Position numbers and translations under genes: made by a program. Shown piece after piece: positions 1 to 9,633 of a DNA stretch of 64,000 nucleotides (position 1 is its first letter; each line of letters starts with the position of its first letter). The notes under the pieces were generated by a model, which saw only the letters and a list, made by a program, of their open reading frames with translations, was not told the DNA's origin and did no database searches. This DNA comes from an uncultured Prevotellaceae bacterium (GTDB taxonomy: Bacteria; Bacteroidota; Bacteroidia; Bacteroidales; Bacteroidaceae), in contig CACYME010000005.1 in the NCBI GenBank assembly GCA_902775475.1, forward strand, positions 29,642-93,641, in the 5' to 3' direction.

Positions 1-2033
1 GTGAGCTGTCCGCCCTCGTCGTAGCCTACGTATCCCGGAGGTGCTCCGATGAGCCTTGAGACGGTGTGTTTCTCCTGATACTCGCTCATGTCGATACGCG
101 TCATCATCGTCTCGTCGTTGAATAGATACTCTGCCAGTGCCTTGGCCAGCTCGGTCTTGCCTACGCCCGTCGTTCCCATGAAGATGAACGAGGCGATAGG
201 CCGCTTGGGGTCTTGCAGTCCGGCACGCGAGCGGCGCACGGCATCGCTGACGGCCTGGATGGCCTCGTCCTGCCCGATGACGCGATGGTGTAGCTCCTCC
301 TCCAGGTGGAGCAGCTTCTCACGCTCGCTCTGCATCATGCGGCTCACGGGGATGCCCGTCCAGCGGGAGACGACCTCGGCGATGTCGTCGGCGGTGACCT
401 CCTCGCGGACGAGGCGGGAGCCCGACGGAGAACCGTCGGGCACTGCTGCCGATTCCAGCTGGGTCTGGATTTGCTTGATGTGATCTTCGAGGGCCTTCAG
501 CTTTGAGTAGCGAATCTCTGCCACACGGCCATAGTCGCCTTCACGCTCAGCACGTTCCGCCTCTAAGCGCAACTGCTCCATCTGCTGCTTGTCCTGCTGG
601 ATGGTGTTGATGAGCTGGCGCTCACCCTCCCAACGGGCGCGGAACTGCGTCTCCTGCTCGCGCAGTTCGGCGATTTCCTGGTCGAGTTGCTGCAGCTTGG
701 TAGGTGCTGTAGGTGTGGTAGGTGTAGTAGGTGAGGTAGGCGTTTCGCGCTTGATGCTCTCGCGCTCTATTTCGAGCTGCGCCAGGCGGCGGGTAATCTC
801 GTCGAGCTCCTCGGGCACCGAGTCGCGCTCCATGCGCAGCTTGGCAGCAGCCTCGTCCATCAGGTCGATGGCCTTGTCGGGCAGGAAGCGCTCGGTAATG
901 TAGCGCTCCGACAGCTTCACGGCGGCGATGCAGGCATCATCCTGGATGCGCACCTTGTGGTGGTTCTCGTAGCGCTCCTTCAGTCCGCGCAGGATGCTGA
1001 TGGCCGACATCTCGTCGGGCTCGTCGACCATCACCGTCTGGAAGCGTCGCTCCAGGGCCTTGTCCTTCTCAAAATATTTCTGATATTCGTTCAGCGTGGT
1101 GGCACCGATGGCGCGCAGTTCTCCTCGTGCCAGTGCCGGCTTCAGGATGTTGGCGGCATCCATGGCCCCTTCGCCACCACCGGCTCCCACGAGCGTGTGA
1201 ATCTCGTCGATAAAGAGGATGATGCGTCCGTCGGCCTTCGTCACCTCGTTGATGACGCTCTTCAGTCGCTCCTCGAACTCGCCTTTGTACTTCGCACCGG
1301 CCACCAGTGCACCCATGTCGAGCGAATAGAGCTGCTTGTCCTTTAGGTTCTCAGGCACGTCGCCGCGCACGATGCGCCCTGCCAGTCCTTCCACGATGGC
1401 GGTCTTACCCGTGCCGGGCTCGCCAATCAGTATGGGGTTGTTCTTCGTGCGACGCGAGAGAATCTGCAGCAGCCGACGTATCTCGTCGTCGCGGCCAATG
1501 ACGGGGTCGAGTTTCCCTGCCCTCGCCAGACTGACCAGGTTCTTGGCATACTTCTCCAGCGACTGGTAGTTGTCCTCAGCCGACTGCGACTGCACCTTCT
1601 GCCCCTGGCGCAGCTCCAGGATGGCCTGCCGCATGTCGCGCTCGGTGGCACCGGCGTCCTTCAGGATGCGGCTCACGGTGCTGTTCACTATGAGGAGAGC
1701 CAATAATACTGGCTCACACGCAACGAACTCGTCGCCCATCTGCTGCGACAGCTCCTGCGCCTTCAGCAGCACCTTGTTGGCGTCGTTGCTCAAATAAGGC
1801 TCGCCACCCTGCACACGGGCCAGGTGCTGCAGCTCCTGCTGGCAGAGCGTCTGTATCTGCTGGGGATTCACGCCCAGCTTCTGGAAGATGAAGCCCACCA
1901 CTTCGGGGGCTTTGGCCTGTAGGGCGAGCATCAGGTGAACAGGCTCGATAGACTGCTGTCCGTTCTGTCGCGCCAGGTTCACAGCCTGCTGCACGGTTTC
2001 CTGCGCCTTGATGGTAAACTTGTCAAGTGTCAT
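1..2033 (-). CDS. clpB: ATP-dependent chaperone ClpB, first ~677 codons (3' end of the gene lies left of the window)
   Basis: The reverse strand from ATG (cat at 2031-2033) reads [34 protein letters not shown]. It has NBD1 Walker [18 protein letters not shown] and NBD2 [21 protein letters not shown]...[18 protein letters not shown] at the window edge. It is absent from the ORF track only because it is open at the edge. Confidence 0.95.
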   Translation of the reverse strand, partial: MTLDKFTIKAQETVQQAVNLARQNGQQSIEPVHLMLALQAKAPEVVGFIFQKLGVNPQQIQTLCQQELQHLARVQGGEPYLSNDANKVLLKAQELSQQMGDEFVACEPVLLALLIVNSTVSRILKDAGATERDMRQAILELRQGQKVQSQSAEDNYQSLEKYAKNLVSLARAGKLDPVIGRDDEIRRLLQILSRRTKNNPILIGEPGTGKTAIVEGLAGRIVRGDVPENLKDKQLYSLDMGALVAGAKYKGEFEERLKSVINEVTKADGRIILFIDEIHTLVGAGGGEGAMDAANILKPALARGELRAIGATTLNEYQKYFEKDKALERRFQTVMVDEPDEMSAISILRGLKERYENHHKVRIQDDACIAAVKLSERYITERFLPDKAIDLMDEAAAKLRMERDSVPEELDEITRRLAQLEIERESIKRETPTSPTTPTTPTAPTKLQQLDQEIAELREQETQFRARWEGERQLINTIQQDKQQMEQLRLEAERAEREGDYGRVAEIRYSKLKALEDHIKQIQTQLESAAVPDGSPSGSRLVREEVTADDIAEVVSRWTGIPVSRMMQSEREKLLHLEEELHHRVIGQDEAIQAVSDAVRRSRAGLQDPKRPIASFIFMGTTGVGKTELAKALAEYLFNDETMMTRIDMSEYQEKHTVSRLIGAPPGYVGYDEGGQL

Positions 2034-2078
2034 GATTGTTTCTCCTTTCTTCAATGATGATTATTCCATTTTCGTTTG

Positions 2079-2141
2079 AAAATCCGCACTTGGCGATTTT
2101 TGTCCGCTAACCGCGGATTTTCGTCTGCCCACGTCGGATTT
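2079..2141 (-). promoter_or_regulatory. Conserved ~65-nt upstream motif with repeated GGAC(A/G)AAAATCCGC units, 45-110 nt upstream of clpB; a second copy lies upstream of ispH
   Basis: Aligned by eye to the reverse complement of 10748-10820: AAAATCCG..GATTYTTGTCCGSTARCCGCGGATTTTYGTCYGC..CGGATTT. Both copies have the same orientation relative to the downstream gene. Confidence 0.4.
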
Positions 2142-2257
2142 CTACAGAATCTCCCGCAAACGGCATGCCTCAACACCGACTGCGACAAAACGGCAGAAAC
2201 CGACCGACAAGATGACACAAGAACAGAATCAGATAACCATTCGCTGAGCAGGCTCGC

Positions 2258-2685
2258 AGTGTTCAAAATTTCCACTAATTTTCCTGATCAAAAAGTTCAA
2301 AATTCTGAAGCATTTTGGAGTGAAAAATGGACGTTTTGGACGATTTTCGATGGGCGATGAGCGTGGAAGCAGGTGACCGGAGGACCGAAAATGGCACACT
2401 TACGGTGCTTTTGTGCAACTTTTTCCACTTTTTTTGCCTCACTTTTCGCTTTTTTTGCCTCGTTTCGCTCAGTTTTAAGCACGCCAAATTTTCAAAAGTC
2501 AACGCCAAATTTTCAAAAGGCGTTGACTTTTGAAAACAAAAAATCGCCAAATTTTGGTAAAACAAGGATAAACACCAGATAATCAATCATTTAGCAAACC
2601 CTCTCAAAATTCGCGTTTTTTCAGCCAAAAACTTTCTCGCGCGAAATTTTCGCGTATTTTCGAGGGCCGAGTGTTCAATATTTCC
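2258..2685 (+). repeat. Copy A of a ~0.45 kb AT-rich intergenic repeat family (4 copies in the window)
   Basis: Shares with 17888-18355, 27122-27587 and 50141-50556 the core AAGCACGCCAAATTTTCAAAAGTCAACGCC-loop-GGCGTTGACTTTTGAAAA. It also shares a polypurine tract, a TTTCGCGCGAGAAA box and GGAAAWWTTGAACAC ends. It lies between divergent clpB and the A2M gene. Confidence 0.85.
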
Positions 2686-2861
2686 TCATTTTCGTCTCGT
2701 TTTTAACATCGTTTAGCAGTTCGCCAATGGACAGGGAACAGCCGTTCCCCTGCCCTCAGCCCTGCTCCGGGGAGGAGCTGGGAGGGAAGGCACAATTCGC
2801 CCAAATCGTTAAACTTTCTAATATTTATAAGATGTTTGCGCGTAAAGCGGAGAAAAATGCC

Positions 2862-2869
2862 TAACTTTG
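2862..2869 (+). promoter_or_regulatory. Bacteroidota -7 promoter box TAACTTTG for the A2M gene
   Basis: Matches the established TAnnTTTG consensus and sits 34 nt upstream of ATG 2903. TTTG is at 2835-2838. The TTG start at 2867 used by the ORF track lies inside this box. Confidence 0.6.
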
Positions 2870-2902
2870 CGGATTAAAGCGAACAACGACACTCAAAAAG
2901 AA

Positions 2903-5900
2903 ATGAAAAAACTACTCATTGCCATAACCATTCTGATTGCCATGCCCTTCTGGATGAAAGCCCAAACCTATAGCGCCCTGTGGAAGCAGGTGAAAGACGC
3001 CGAGCAGAAAGACCTGCCGCAGACCGCTCAGCAGGTACTCGGCCAGATAGTGACCAAAGCCGGGCAGGAGGCCAACTACGGCCAGCTGCTGAAGGCTGAG
3101 CTGCAGCGCGCCCGCTCGCAGTGCGACGTGGCTCCCGACTCGCTGCGCCCCGTCGTGGAACAGCTGACGGCCAGGGCCGTCCAGGCCGACGGCAACATCC
3201 CCCTGCAGGCCATCTACCACTGTGTGCTGGGCTACATCTACCGGCATAACCGATGGCTCGACGAGGACCATCACCAGGAGATAGCCCACGACTACTTCGA
3301 GAAGGCCCTCGCCCACCCTGCCGAACTGGCACAGGTGAAGGCCACCGGCTACGAACCCTTCGTCATCAAGGGGCAGGACAGCCGCTACTTCGGCGACGAC
3401 CTGCTGAGCCTGATAGGCTACGAGGCGGAGCGCTACGACCTGTTGCGCGACTACTACATGAAGGCGGGCGACCGCATTGCCGCGCTGCTGGCCACCGACA
3501 TGCTGCTCAGCCTTGAGGCCCCCGACGAGATGGAGCCGCTGAACAAGAGCCACCACATACAGCGCATCGACTCGCTCATCGAGGAGTATCAGGACCTGGT
3601 GGAGTGCGGCGAGGCTGCCATCACCCGCTATGACTACATGGACGAATACACCGACGCCACCGCCGAGCAGAAATGGCAGTATATCAACATGGCGCTGGAG
3701 CGCTGGGGCGACTGGCAGGGCATGAACTACCTGCGCAACAAGCAGCGCGAGCTCACCTGTCCCCTGTTCCATGCCGCTGCCAAGAGCATCACCATCCCCC
3801 TGAAGGAGCAGAAGCTGCGTCTCTACGAGCTGCGCAACGTCTCTGACGTGACCCTGCGCATCTACAAGGTACGAGCCGACGGCAACACTGACCTGAACCC
3901 CAGCAGCCAGGAGGGCTACAAGAAGCTGAAGCCGCTGCTGACGGCCTTGCCTCAGCTGACGCAGACGCGCAAGTTCATGGGCAAGCGCCCCTACGAGGTG
4001 TTCGAAGACAGCATGATGCTGCCCGCGCTGCCCGTGGGTGTGTATATGCTGGAGATGGAGAGCCTGCCCGCCACGCAGGTGGTGCGCCAGCTCTACTTCG
4101 TGAGCGACGTGCGCGTGCTCACCCAGTCGCAGCCGGCATCATCGGGCGAGAAAGGAAACGAGCTGCGCATCGTCGTGGTGAACGCCACCACCGGCCAGCC
4201 CATCAAGGGTGCCACGGTGAGGGTGACGCAAAACAGAAACAGAAGCAACGCCAAGACGACAACGCTGACCAGCAGCGAGGGCGGCGAATGCAGCTTCCCC
4301 GGACAGCGAGGCATGGAATGTGAGCTATGGGCCTACACCGCTGACGACAAGGCCTGCCCGCCCTGCAGCCAGTGGGGGATGTTCCTCTTCGACAATGGCG
4401 AGCGCCACGACCGCAAGACCAGCATCTTCACCGACCGTGCCATCTATCGTCCCGGGCAGACCGTCCACGTGGCCGTAGTCCGCTATCGGCAGAAGGACAT
4501 CAGCTTAGAGGCCTGTGCCGGCGAGCAGCTCAATCTCACCCTGAAAGATGCCAACTGGAAGGACGTCAGCGAGCAGCAGGTCACTACCGACCAGTTCGGA
4601 ACGGCCAAGGCCAGCTTCGTCCTGCCCACGTCGGGCCTGACGGGGTCGTTCTCCATCGTTGTCAACAACGAGCAAAGCCAGAACATCAGGGTGGAGGAAT
4701 ACAAGCGGCCCGCCTTCGAGGTCGACATCCCCCGCGTGGCGCAGAACTATGAGGATGGCGACACCGTCGTGGCCCGCGGCACGGCCCGCAGCTATGCCGG
4801 CGTGCCCGTGCAGGGAGCCACCGTCAAGTACAAGGTGGTGCGCCGTCGCGCATTCTGGTGGATGAGCTACTCACGCTACTGGGACATGGGCTACATTGGC
4901 ACCGGCACTGACGACGAGGTGGTGGCCGAGGGCGAGACGACGACCGACGAGCGCGGACAGTTCACGGCCGACATGCCCATGGTGCTACCCAAGACGCGCC
5001 ACACCATGTTCTACAACTTCGTGCTCACGGCCGACGTCACCGACCAGGCCGGCGAGACCCATCAGGGAACCATGTCGCTGCCTCTGGGCAACCGCAAGAC
5101 GGCCTTCACGGCCTCGCTGCCCGAGAAGGTGCTCAACGAGGGCAACACGAAGATGACCTTCCACCTGCAGAACGCCGCCGGCATCGACCTTGAAGGACAG
5201 GTGCGCTATCGCTTCGACAACCAGCGCTGGCAGGAGGCCGCCACGAACGCACTGATAGCCATCCCGCAGCTGAAGAGTGGCAAGCACACGCTCTTTGCCA
5301 CCTGCCAGCAGGACACGCTGGAGCAGGACTTCGTGGTGTTCTCGCTCGACGACCATCGGCCAGCCACTGACACCCGCAGCTGGTTCTACACCAGCCACGA
5401 GGGACGCTTCCCCATGGACGGCGGTCCCGTCACCGTGCAGGCCGGTTCGTCGGACAAGAACGTGCACATGGTCTACAGCGTCATCAGCGGCAACAAGCTG
5501 CTGGAAAGCGGGGCCGTAGACCTGTCGAACGAACTGCTCAACCGCAAGTTCCTCTACCGCGAGGAGTACGGCAACGGCCTGCTGCTCACCTTCGCCTGGA
5601 TGAAGGATGGCGAGACCTACGAATACAGCACCCACATACAGCGCCCCATGCCCGACATGCACCTCGACATGAAGTGGCAGACCTTCCGCAACCGACTGAC
5701 ACCCGGCCAGCAGGAGGAGTGGACGCTGAGCATCACCAAGCCCGACGGCTCGCCCGCCGACGCTCAGCTGGTGGCCACGCTTTACGACAAGAGCCTCGAC
5801 CAGCTGATGCCCCACGAATGGGGCTTCGGCCCGTCGGTGTGGCTACCACTGCCGCAGACCAACTGGAACAAGGGCATCTGGTATCGGAACTCCGCGGTAG

Positions 5901-8524
5901 AATTCAGCGCTGAGAAGCAACAGCAATGGCTCAGCTGGCAGCAGTTGCAGTACAGCCATTTCGACCACGACGTGTATCCCCAGTACAACTTCTACGCCCG
6001 CCGCAGGGTGCTTACAAGAGGCTTGAACGCTGCCTTGTCTGACAACATGGTGATGGCACAAGCTGCCGATGAGGAAGGCGCCAATTTAGAAATTGCCTTC
6101 GGTACGCAAAAGGCCTCGATGACGTCGGGTGCCGTGATGAAGGCCGATGATGCCCTGCAAGGACGCATTGCAGGACTTGACATTCAATCGGCCGACAGCG
6201 GCGAGGGCGAGCAGGCCGCTCCCATGCAGATGCGCGAGAACCTGCAGGAGACTGCCTTCTTCATGCCCCAGCTCGTCTGCGACTCCACGGGTCGTGTCAG
6301 CATGAAGTTCACATTGCCCGAAAGCCTCACCACCTGGCGCTTCCTCGGCGTGGCTCACACCCGTGACATGATGTACGGCTCGATGAGCGACGAGGCCGTG
6401 GCCCGCAAGGACGTGATGATACAGCCCAACATGCCGCGATTCCTCAGGCAGGGCGACCAGGGCACCATCAGCGCCCGCGTGATGAACATGAGCGACCAGC
6501 CGCTCAGCGGCACCACCATGCTGCAGCTCCTCGACCCCGAGACAGAAAAGGTCATCATGGAGCAGAAGCAGCAGGTGACGGTGAAAGACAGCTCCACCGT
6601 CAGCGTCACGTTCCCCGTCGATGCCACCCGTCTTTCCTCGCTCGTCTCTACGCTCTGCATCGCCCGCGTCAGCATCAGCACTCCCAAGCAAAGCGACGGC
6701 GAACAGCACTATCTGCCCATTCTACCCAACGCCGAGCGCGTCACCGTCACCGTGCCCTTCACGCAGAATGGCCCCGGCACCAAAGCCATTGACCTGGAGC
6801 AGCTGATTCCCAAGACTGCCCTGAAATCTCCAACCACAAATCTCCAGCCTCAAATCACCATAGAGTACACCAATAATCCCGCCTGGCTGCTCATCCAGGC
6901 GCTGCCCACCGTGGGGCATCCCCACGACGACTGCGCCGTGTGCCAGGCCGCATCGCTCTATGCCAACAGCATCGGTCGCCACATCCTGGGCCAGAACCCC
7001 ACGGCGAAGCACGTCTTTGAGCTGTGGAAACAGGAGGAGAAGACTGCCATTGCCAATTCTTCACTCACCACTCTTCACTCATCACTTCAGAAGAATCAGT
7101 CGCTGAAGGACCTCGTGCTCAGCGAGACACCCTGGGTGATGGATGCCGACAACGAGCAGGAGCAGCGCCAGCGGCTGGCCGATTTCTTCGACCAGAACCT
7201 GATGGCCCAGCGCATCAGTCAGGCACTGGACAAGCTGGGTAAGCTGCAGCGCACCGACGGCTCGTGGAGCTGGTGGCCCGACATGCCGGGCTCGGTCTAC
7301 ATGACCACCTCGGTCTGCGAGATGCTCGTCAGGCTGAACCAAATGGCCGGCCAGCAGAGCGCAACGGCAAAGATGCTCAGCAGTGCCTTTACCTTCCTGG
7401 GAAAAGACATCGTGGAACTGGTGGACGAGATGAAGAAGGAGGAGAAGAAGGGCCACAAGCAAGTCTTCCCCAGCCACCGCGCCCTTCAGTGGCTCTACAT
7501 CTGCGCCCTCGACGGCCGCGAGCTGCCCGCCAAGGTCAGCGAGGCCAACAGCTACCTGAAGAACCTGCTGAAGAAGGAGACGCAGAGCCAGAGCATCTAC
7601 GAGAAAGCCCTCTCGGCCATCGTGCTGCAGAACAAGACCTACATCCGCAGCCTGAAGGAATGGACGGTGTACAAAGAGGACATGGGCCGCTACTACGACA
7701 CGCAGCGGGCCGGCTACTCCTGGCGCGACTACAAGATTCCCACACAGGTGGCCGCCATCGAGGCGCTGAAGCGACTGACGCCGCAGGACACCGTGACCAT
7801 CAGCGAGATGCAGCGCTGGCTGCTACAGCAGAGGCGCACACAGGCCTGGGACACGCCGCTGAACAGCGCCGACGCCATCTATGCCTTCCTCGACGGCAAC
7901 AGCCAGACGCTGGCCCCGCAGCCGAAGACCACGCTGAGCATCAACGGGAAACCGCTGCCCACCAGCGATGCCACCGCCGGCATCGGCTATGTGAAGACGT
8001 CCGTTGACGCCCAAGGTGCCAAGACCTTCAAGGCCGAAAAGACTTCCACGGGAACGTCGTGGGGTGCCGTCTATGCGCAGTTCATGCAGCCCGCCAGCGA
8101 CATTGCCGACCAGCAGAGCGGCATCAGCGTGAAGCGCGAACTGCTGAATGCCCAGCACTCGGCACTCGACGCTCAACACTCAACACTGCAGGTGGGCGAC
8201 CGCATCATCGTGCGCATCACCATCGAGGCCGACCGCGACTACGACTTTGTGCAGCTGCAAGACAAGCGTGCCGCCTGTCTGGAACCCGTGAAGCAGCTGA
8301 GCGGCTACAACTGGCGCGAAGGCTACTACTGTGCCCCCAAGGACTACACCACCAACTTCTTCTTCGACATGCTGAGCAAGGGTCGTCACGTCATCGAGAC
8401 GGAATACTACGTCGACCGCGAAGGAACCTACGAGACTGGCACCTGCAGCGTACAGTGCACCTACAGCCCCGAGTTCCGCGGCAGCACGAAGTCGATGAAG
8501 ATTGAAGTGAAGAGTCATCAGTGA
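2903..8524 (+). CDS. Alpha-2-macroglobulin family protein (MG-domain giant, 1873 aa), no canonical thioester
   Basis: Signal peptide MKKLLIAITILIAMPFWMKAQ. Family-typical strings are RVEEYKRPAFEVDIP and LQETAFFMPQLVCDSTGRVSMKFTLPESLTTWRFLGVAH, plus a C-terminal receptor-like domain FVQLQDKRAACLEPV...YYVDREGTYETG. No CxEQ is present at the expected TED position. Confidence 0.85.
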   Translation: MKKLLIAITILIAMPFWMKAQTYSALWKQVKDAEQKDLPQTAQQVLGQIVTKAGQEANYGQLLKAELQRARSQCDVAPDSLRPVVEQLTARAVQADGNIPLQAIYHCVLGYIYRHNRWLDEDHHQEIAHDYFEKALAHPAELAQVKATGYEPFVIKGQDSRYFGDDLLSLIGYEAERYDLLRDYYMKAGDRIAALLATDMLLSLEAPDEMEPLNKSHHIQRIDSLIEEYQDLVECGEAAITRYDYMDEYTDATAEQKWQYINMALERWGDWQGMNYLRNKQRELTCPLFHAAAKSITIPLKEQKLRLYELRNVSDVTLRIYKVRADGNTDLNPSSQEGYKKLKPLLTALPQLTQTRKFMGKRPYEVFEDSMMLPALPVGVYMLEMESLPATQVVRQLYFVSDVRVLTQSQPASSGEKGNELRIVVVNATTGQPIKGATVRVTQNRNRSNAKTTTLTSSEGGECSFPGQRGMECELWAYTADDKACPPCSQWGMFLFDNGERHDRKTSIFTDRAIYRPGQTVHVAVVRYRQKDISLEACAGEQLNLTLKDANWKDVSEQQVTTDQFGTAKASFVLPTSGLTGSFSIVVNNEQSQNIRVEEYKRPAFEVDIPRVAQNYEDGDTVVARGTARSYAGVPVQGATVKYKVVRRRAFWWMSYSRYWDMGYIGTGTDDEVVAEGETTTDERGQFTADMPMVLPKTRHTMFYNFVLTADVTDQAGETHQGTMSLPLGNRKTAFTASLPEKVLNEGNTKMTFHLQNAAGIDLEGQVRYRFDNQRWQEAATNALIAIPQLKSGKHTLFATCQQDTLEQDFVVFSLDDHRPATDTRSWFYTSHEGRFPMDGGPVTVQAGSSDKNVHMVYSVISGNKLLESGAVDLSNELLNRKFLYREEYGNGLLLTFAWMKDGETYEYSTHIQRPMPDMHLDMKWQTFRNRLTPGQQEEWTLSITKPDGSPADAQLVATLYDKSLDQLMPHEWGFGPSVWLPLPQTNWNKGIWYRNSAVEFSAEKQQQWLSWQQLQYSHFDHDVYPQYNFYARRRVLTRGLNAALSDNMVMAQAADEEGANLEIAFGTQKASMTSGAVMKADDALQGRIAGLDIQSADSGEGEQAAPMQMRENLQETAFFMPQLVCDSTGRVSMKFTLPESLTTWRFLGVAHTRDMMYGSMSDEAVARKDVMIQPNMPRFLRQGDQGTISARVMNMSDQPLSGTTMLQLLDPETEKVIMEQKQQVTVKDSSTVSVTFPVDATRLSSLVSTLCIARVSISTPKQSDGEQHYLPILPNAERVTVTVPFTQNGPGTKAIDLEQLIPKTALKSPTTNLQPQITIEYTNNPAWLLIQALPTVGHPHDDCAVCQAASLYANSIGRHILGQNPTAKHVFELWKQEEKTAIANSSLTTLHSSLQKNQSLKDLVLSETPWVMDADNEQEQRQRLADFFDQNLMAQRISQALDKLGKLQRTDGSWSWWPDMPGSVYMTTSVCEMLVRLNQMAGQQSATAKMLSSAFTFLGKDIVELVDEMKKEEKKGHKQVFPSHRALQWLYICALDGRELPAKVSEANSYLKNLLKKETQSQSIYEKALSAIVLQNKTYIRSLKEWTVYKEDMGRYYDTQRAGYSWRDYKIPTQVAAIEALKRLTPQDTVTISEMQRWLLQQRRTQAWDTPLNSADAIYAFLDGNSQTLAPQPKTTLSINGKPLPTSDATAGIGYVKTSVDAQGAKTFKAEKTSTGTSWGAVYAQFMQPASDIADQQSGISVKRELLNAQHSALDAQHSTLQVGDRIIVRITIEADRDYDFVQLQDKRAACLEPVKQLSGYNWREGYYCAPKDYTTNFFFDMLSKGRHVIETEYYVDREGTYETGTCSVQCTYSPEFRGSTKSMKIEVKSHQ

Positions 8525-8550
8525 AATGAACGAAAGCCATAATTAAGAAT

Positions 8551-9633
8551 ATGTACAATGTTTTGAAATGGAAAAGGATAGCTAAGGCGACAGCCCTGTC
8601 ATTCCTTCTATTCCATCTATCATTCAGCCCTGCTGCGGCCCAGAAGCTGAGCATCAACAAGACCACCATCGACGTGGGGAAGACGGGCTTCGAAGTGCCC
8701 GTGACCGCCACGTTCGAGTTGCGCAACAAGAGTCTGAGGACGATAGAGATCAGCGAACTGAAGACCGACTGCGGCTGCACCACCGTGGATGCACCCAAGC
8801 AGACCATCGCCCCCGGCGAACGGTTCACCATCTCGCTCACCTACGATGCACGCCTGCTGGGCCATTTCACCAAGCAGGTGGCCGTCTACAGCAATGCCAC
8901 CCGCGAGCCCGTCTACCTGAAGATGAAAGGCGTGGTGCTTGCCGACATGGTAGACTACTCCAACCGCTACCCCTACGATATGGGAGGCATGCTGGCCAGC
9001 GTGAACAACGTGGAGTTCGACGACGTGAAGAAGGGCGAGAACCGCGAAGTGGAAATCAACCTGATGAACAACACCGAAGCCGACATGACGCCCAACATGC
9101 TGCACATGCCGGCCTGGCTCCACGCGCTGGCACTGCCCGAGAAACTGGAGCCCAACCGCAGCGGCAAGATGATCCTGACGCTCAATTCGGAGGAAGTTCA
9201 CAACTACGGCCTGACGCAGGTGTCCATCTATCTGGCGAAGAAACTTGGCGAGAAGATCAGCAGCGAGACGGAGATCCCCGTCTCGGTGGTGCTGCTGCCC
9301 GACATGTCGCAGTTTGAGGGACAGAACCGCGAGCAGGCCCCGAAGCTCCACCTCTCGGCGCAGTCGCTCAACCTGGACCGCCACCACAAGCAGGGCACCA
9401 TCATCCTAACGAACAAGGGACAGTCGAAGCTCAGCATCACGTCGCTGCAGATGTTCACTGGTGGTGTGAAGGTGAAGCTGGCCAAACAGGAGCTGCAACC
9501 CGGCGAATCGACCAAGCTGCGCGTCACCATCATCCCCGAACAGATACGCAAGGCCCGCTCGAAGCCCCGTGTGCTGATGATTACCAACGACCCTGAGAAC
9601 GCAAAAGTAGTAATAACGATAAATGTAGAATAA
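8551..9633 (+). CDS. DUF1573 domain-containing exported protein
   Basis: Signal peptide ...ALSFLLFHLSFSPAAAQ followed by the DUF1573 hallmark ...FELRNKSLRTIEISELKTDCGCTTVDAPKQTIAPGE. A second similar Ig-like half follows (ITSLQMFTGGVKVKLAKQELQPGESTKLRV). Confidence 0.8.
   Translation: MYNVLKWKRIAKATALSFLLFHLSFSPAAAQKLSINKTTIDVGKTGFEVPVTATFELRNKSLRTIEISELKTDCGCTTVDAPKQTIAPGERFTISLTYDARLLGHFTKQVAVYSNATREPVYLKMKGVVLADMVDYSNRYPYDMGGMLASVNNVEFDDVKKGENREVEINLMNNTEADMTPNMLHMPAWLHALALPEKLEPNRSGKMILTLNSEEVHNYGLTQVSIYLAKKLGEKISSETEIPVSVVLLPDMSQFEGQNREQAPKLHLSAQSLNLDRHHKQGTIILTNKGQSKLSITSLQMFTGGVKVKLAKQELQPGESTKLRVTIIPEQIRKARSKPRVLMITNDPENAKVVITINVE

Noticed and set aside
2275-2586. Conserved small ORFs inside the 0.45 kb repeats. 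Examples are the 61-aa MLKTERNEAKKAK.. / MLKNERNKARKAK.. pair and the 69-aa MTGGPKMAHL.. / MTKGPKMAHL.. pair in copies A and C.
   Set aside because: Up to four overlapping frames on both strands are open at once because the region is a polypurine/polypyrimidine tract, which lacks stop codons on both strands. Copies A and C simply have no indels there. The frames are broken in copies B and D. The conservation is at the nucleotide level and does not indicate a protein.
2867-2902. TTG-initiated N-terminal extensions in the ORF track (also 27887, 13267, 10817, 20330, 50667, 55615, 57010 and 21876 on their strands)
   Set aside because: At 2867 and 27887 the TTG is part of the TAACTTTG -7 promoter box. 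In all cases an in-frame ATG follows, giving a canonical signal peptide or the conserved N-terminus of the family.
4514-4528. CAGEQ (and CLEP at about 8270-8285) as a possible A2M thioester site
   Set aside because: The thioester motif is CxEQ and lies in the TED domain about two-thirds along the protein. CAGEQ has the wrong spacing and lies in an N-terminal MG domain. CLEP lies in the C-terminal receptor-like domain and lacks the Gln.
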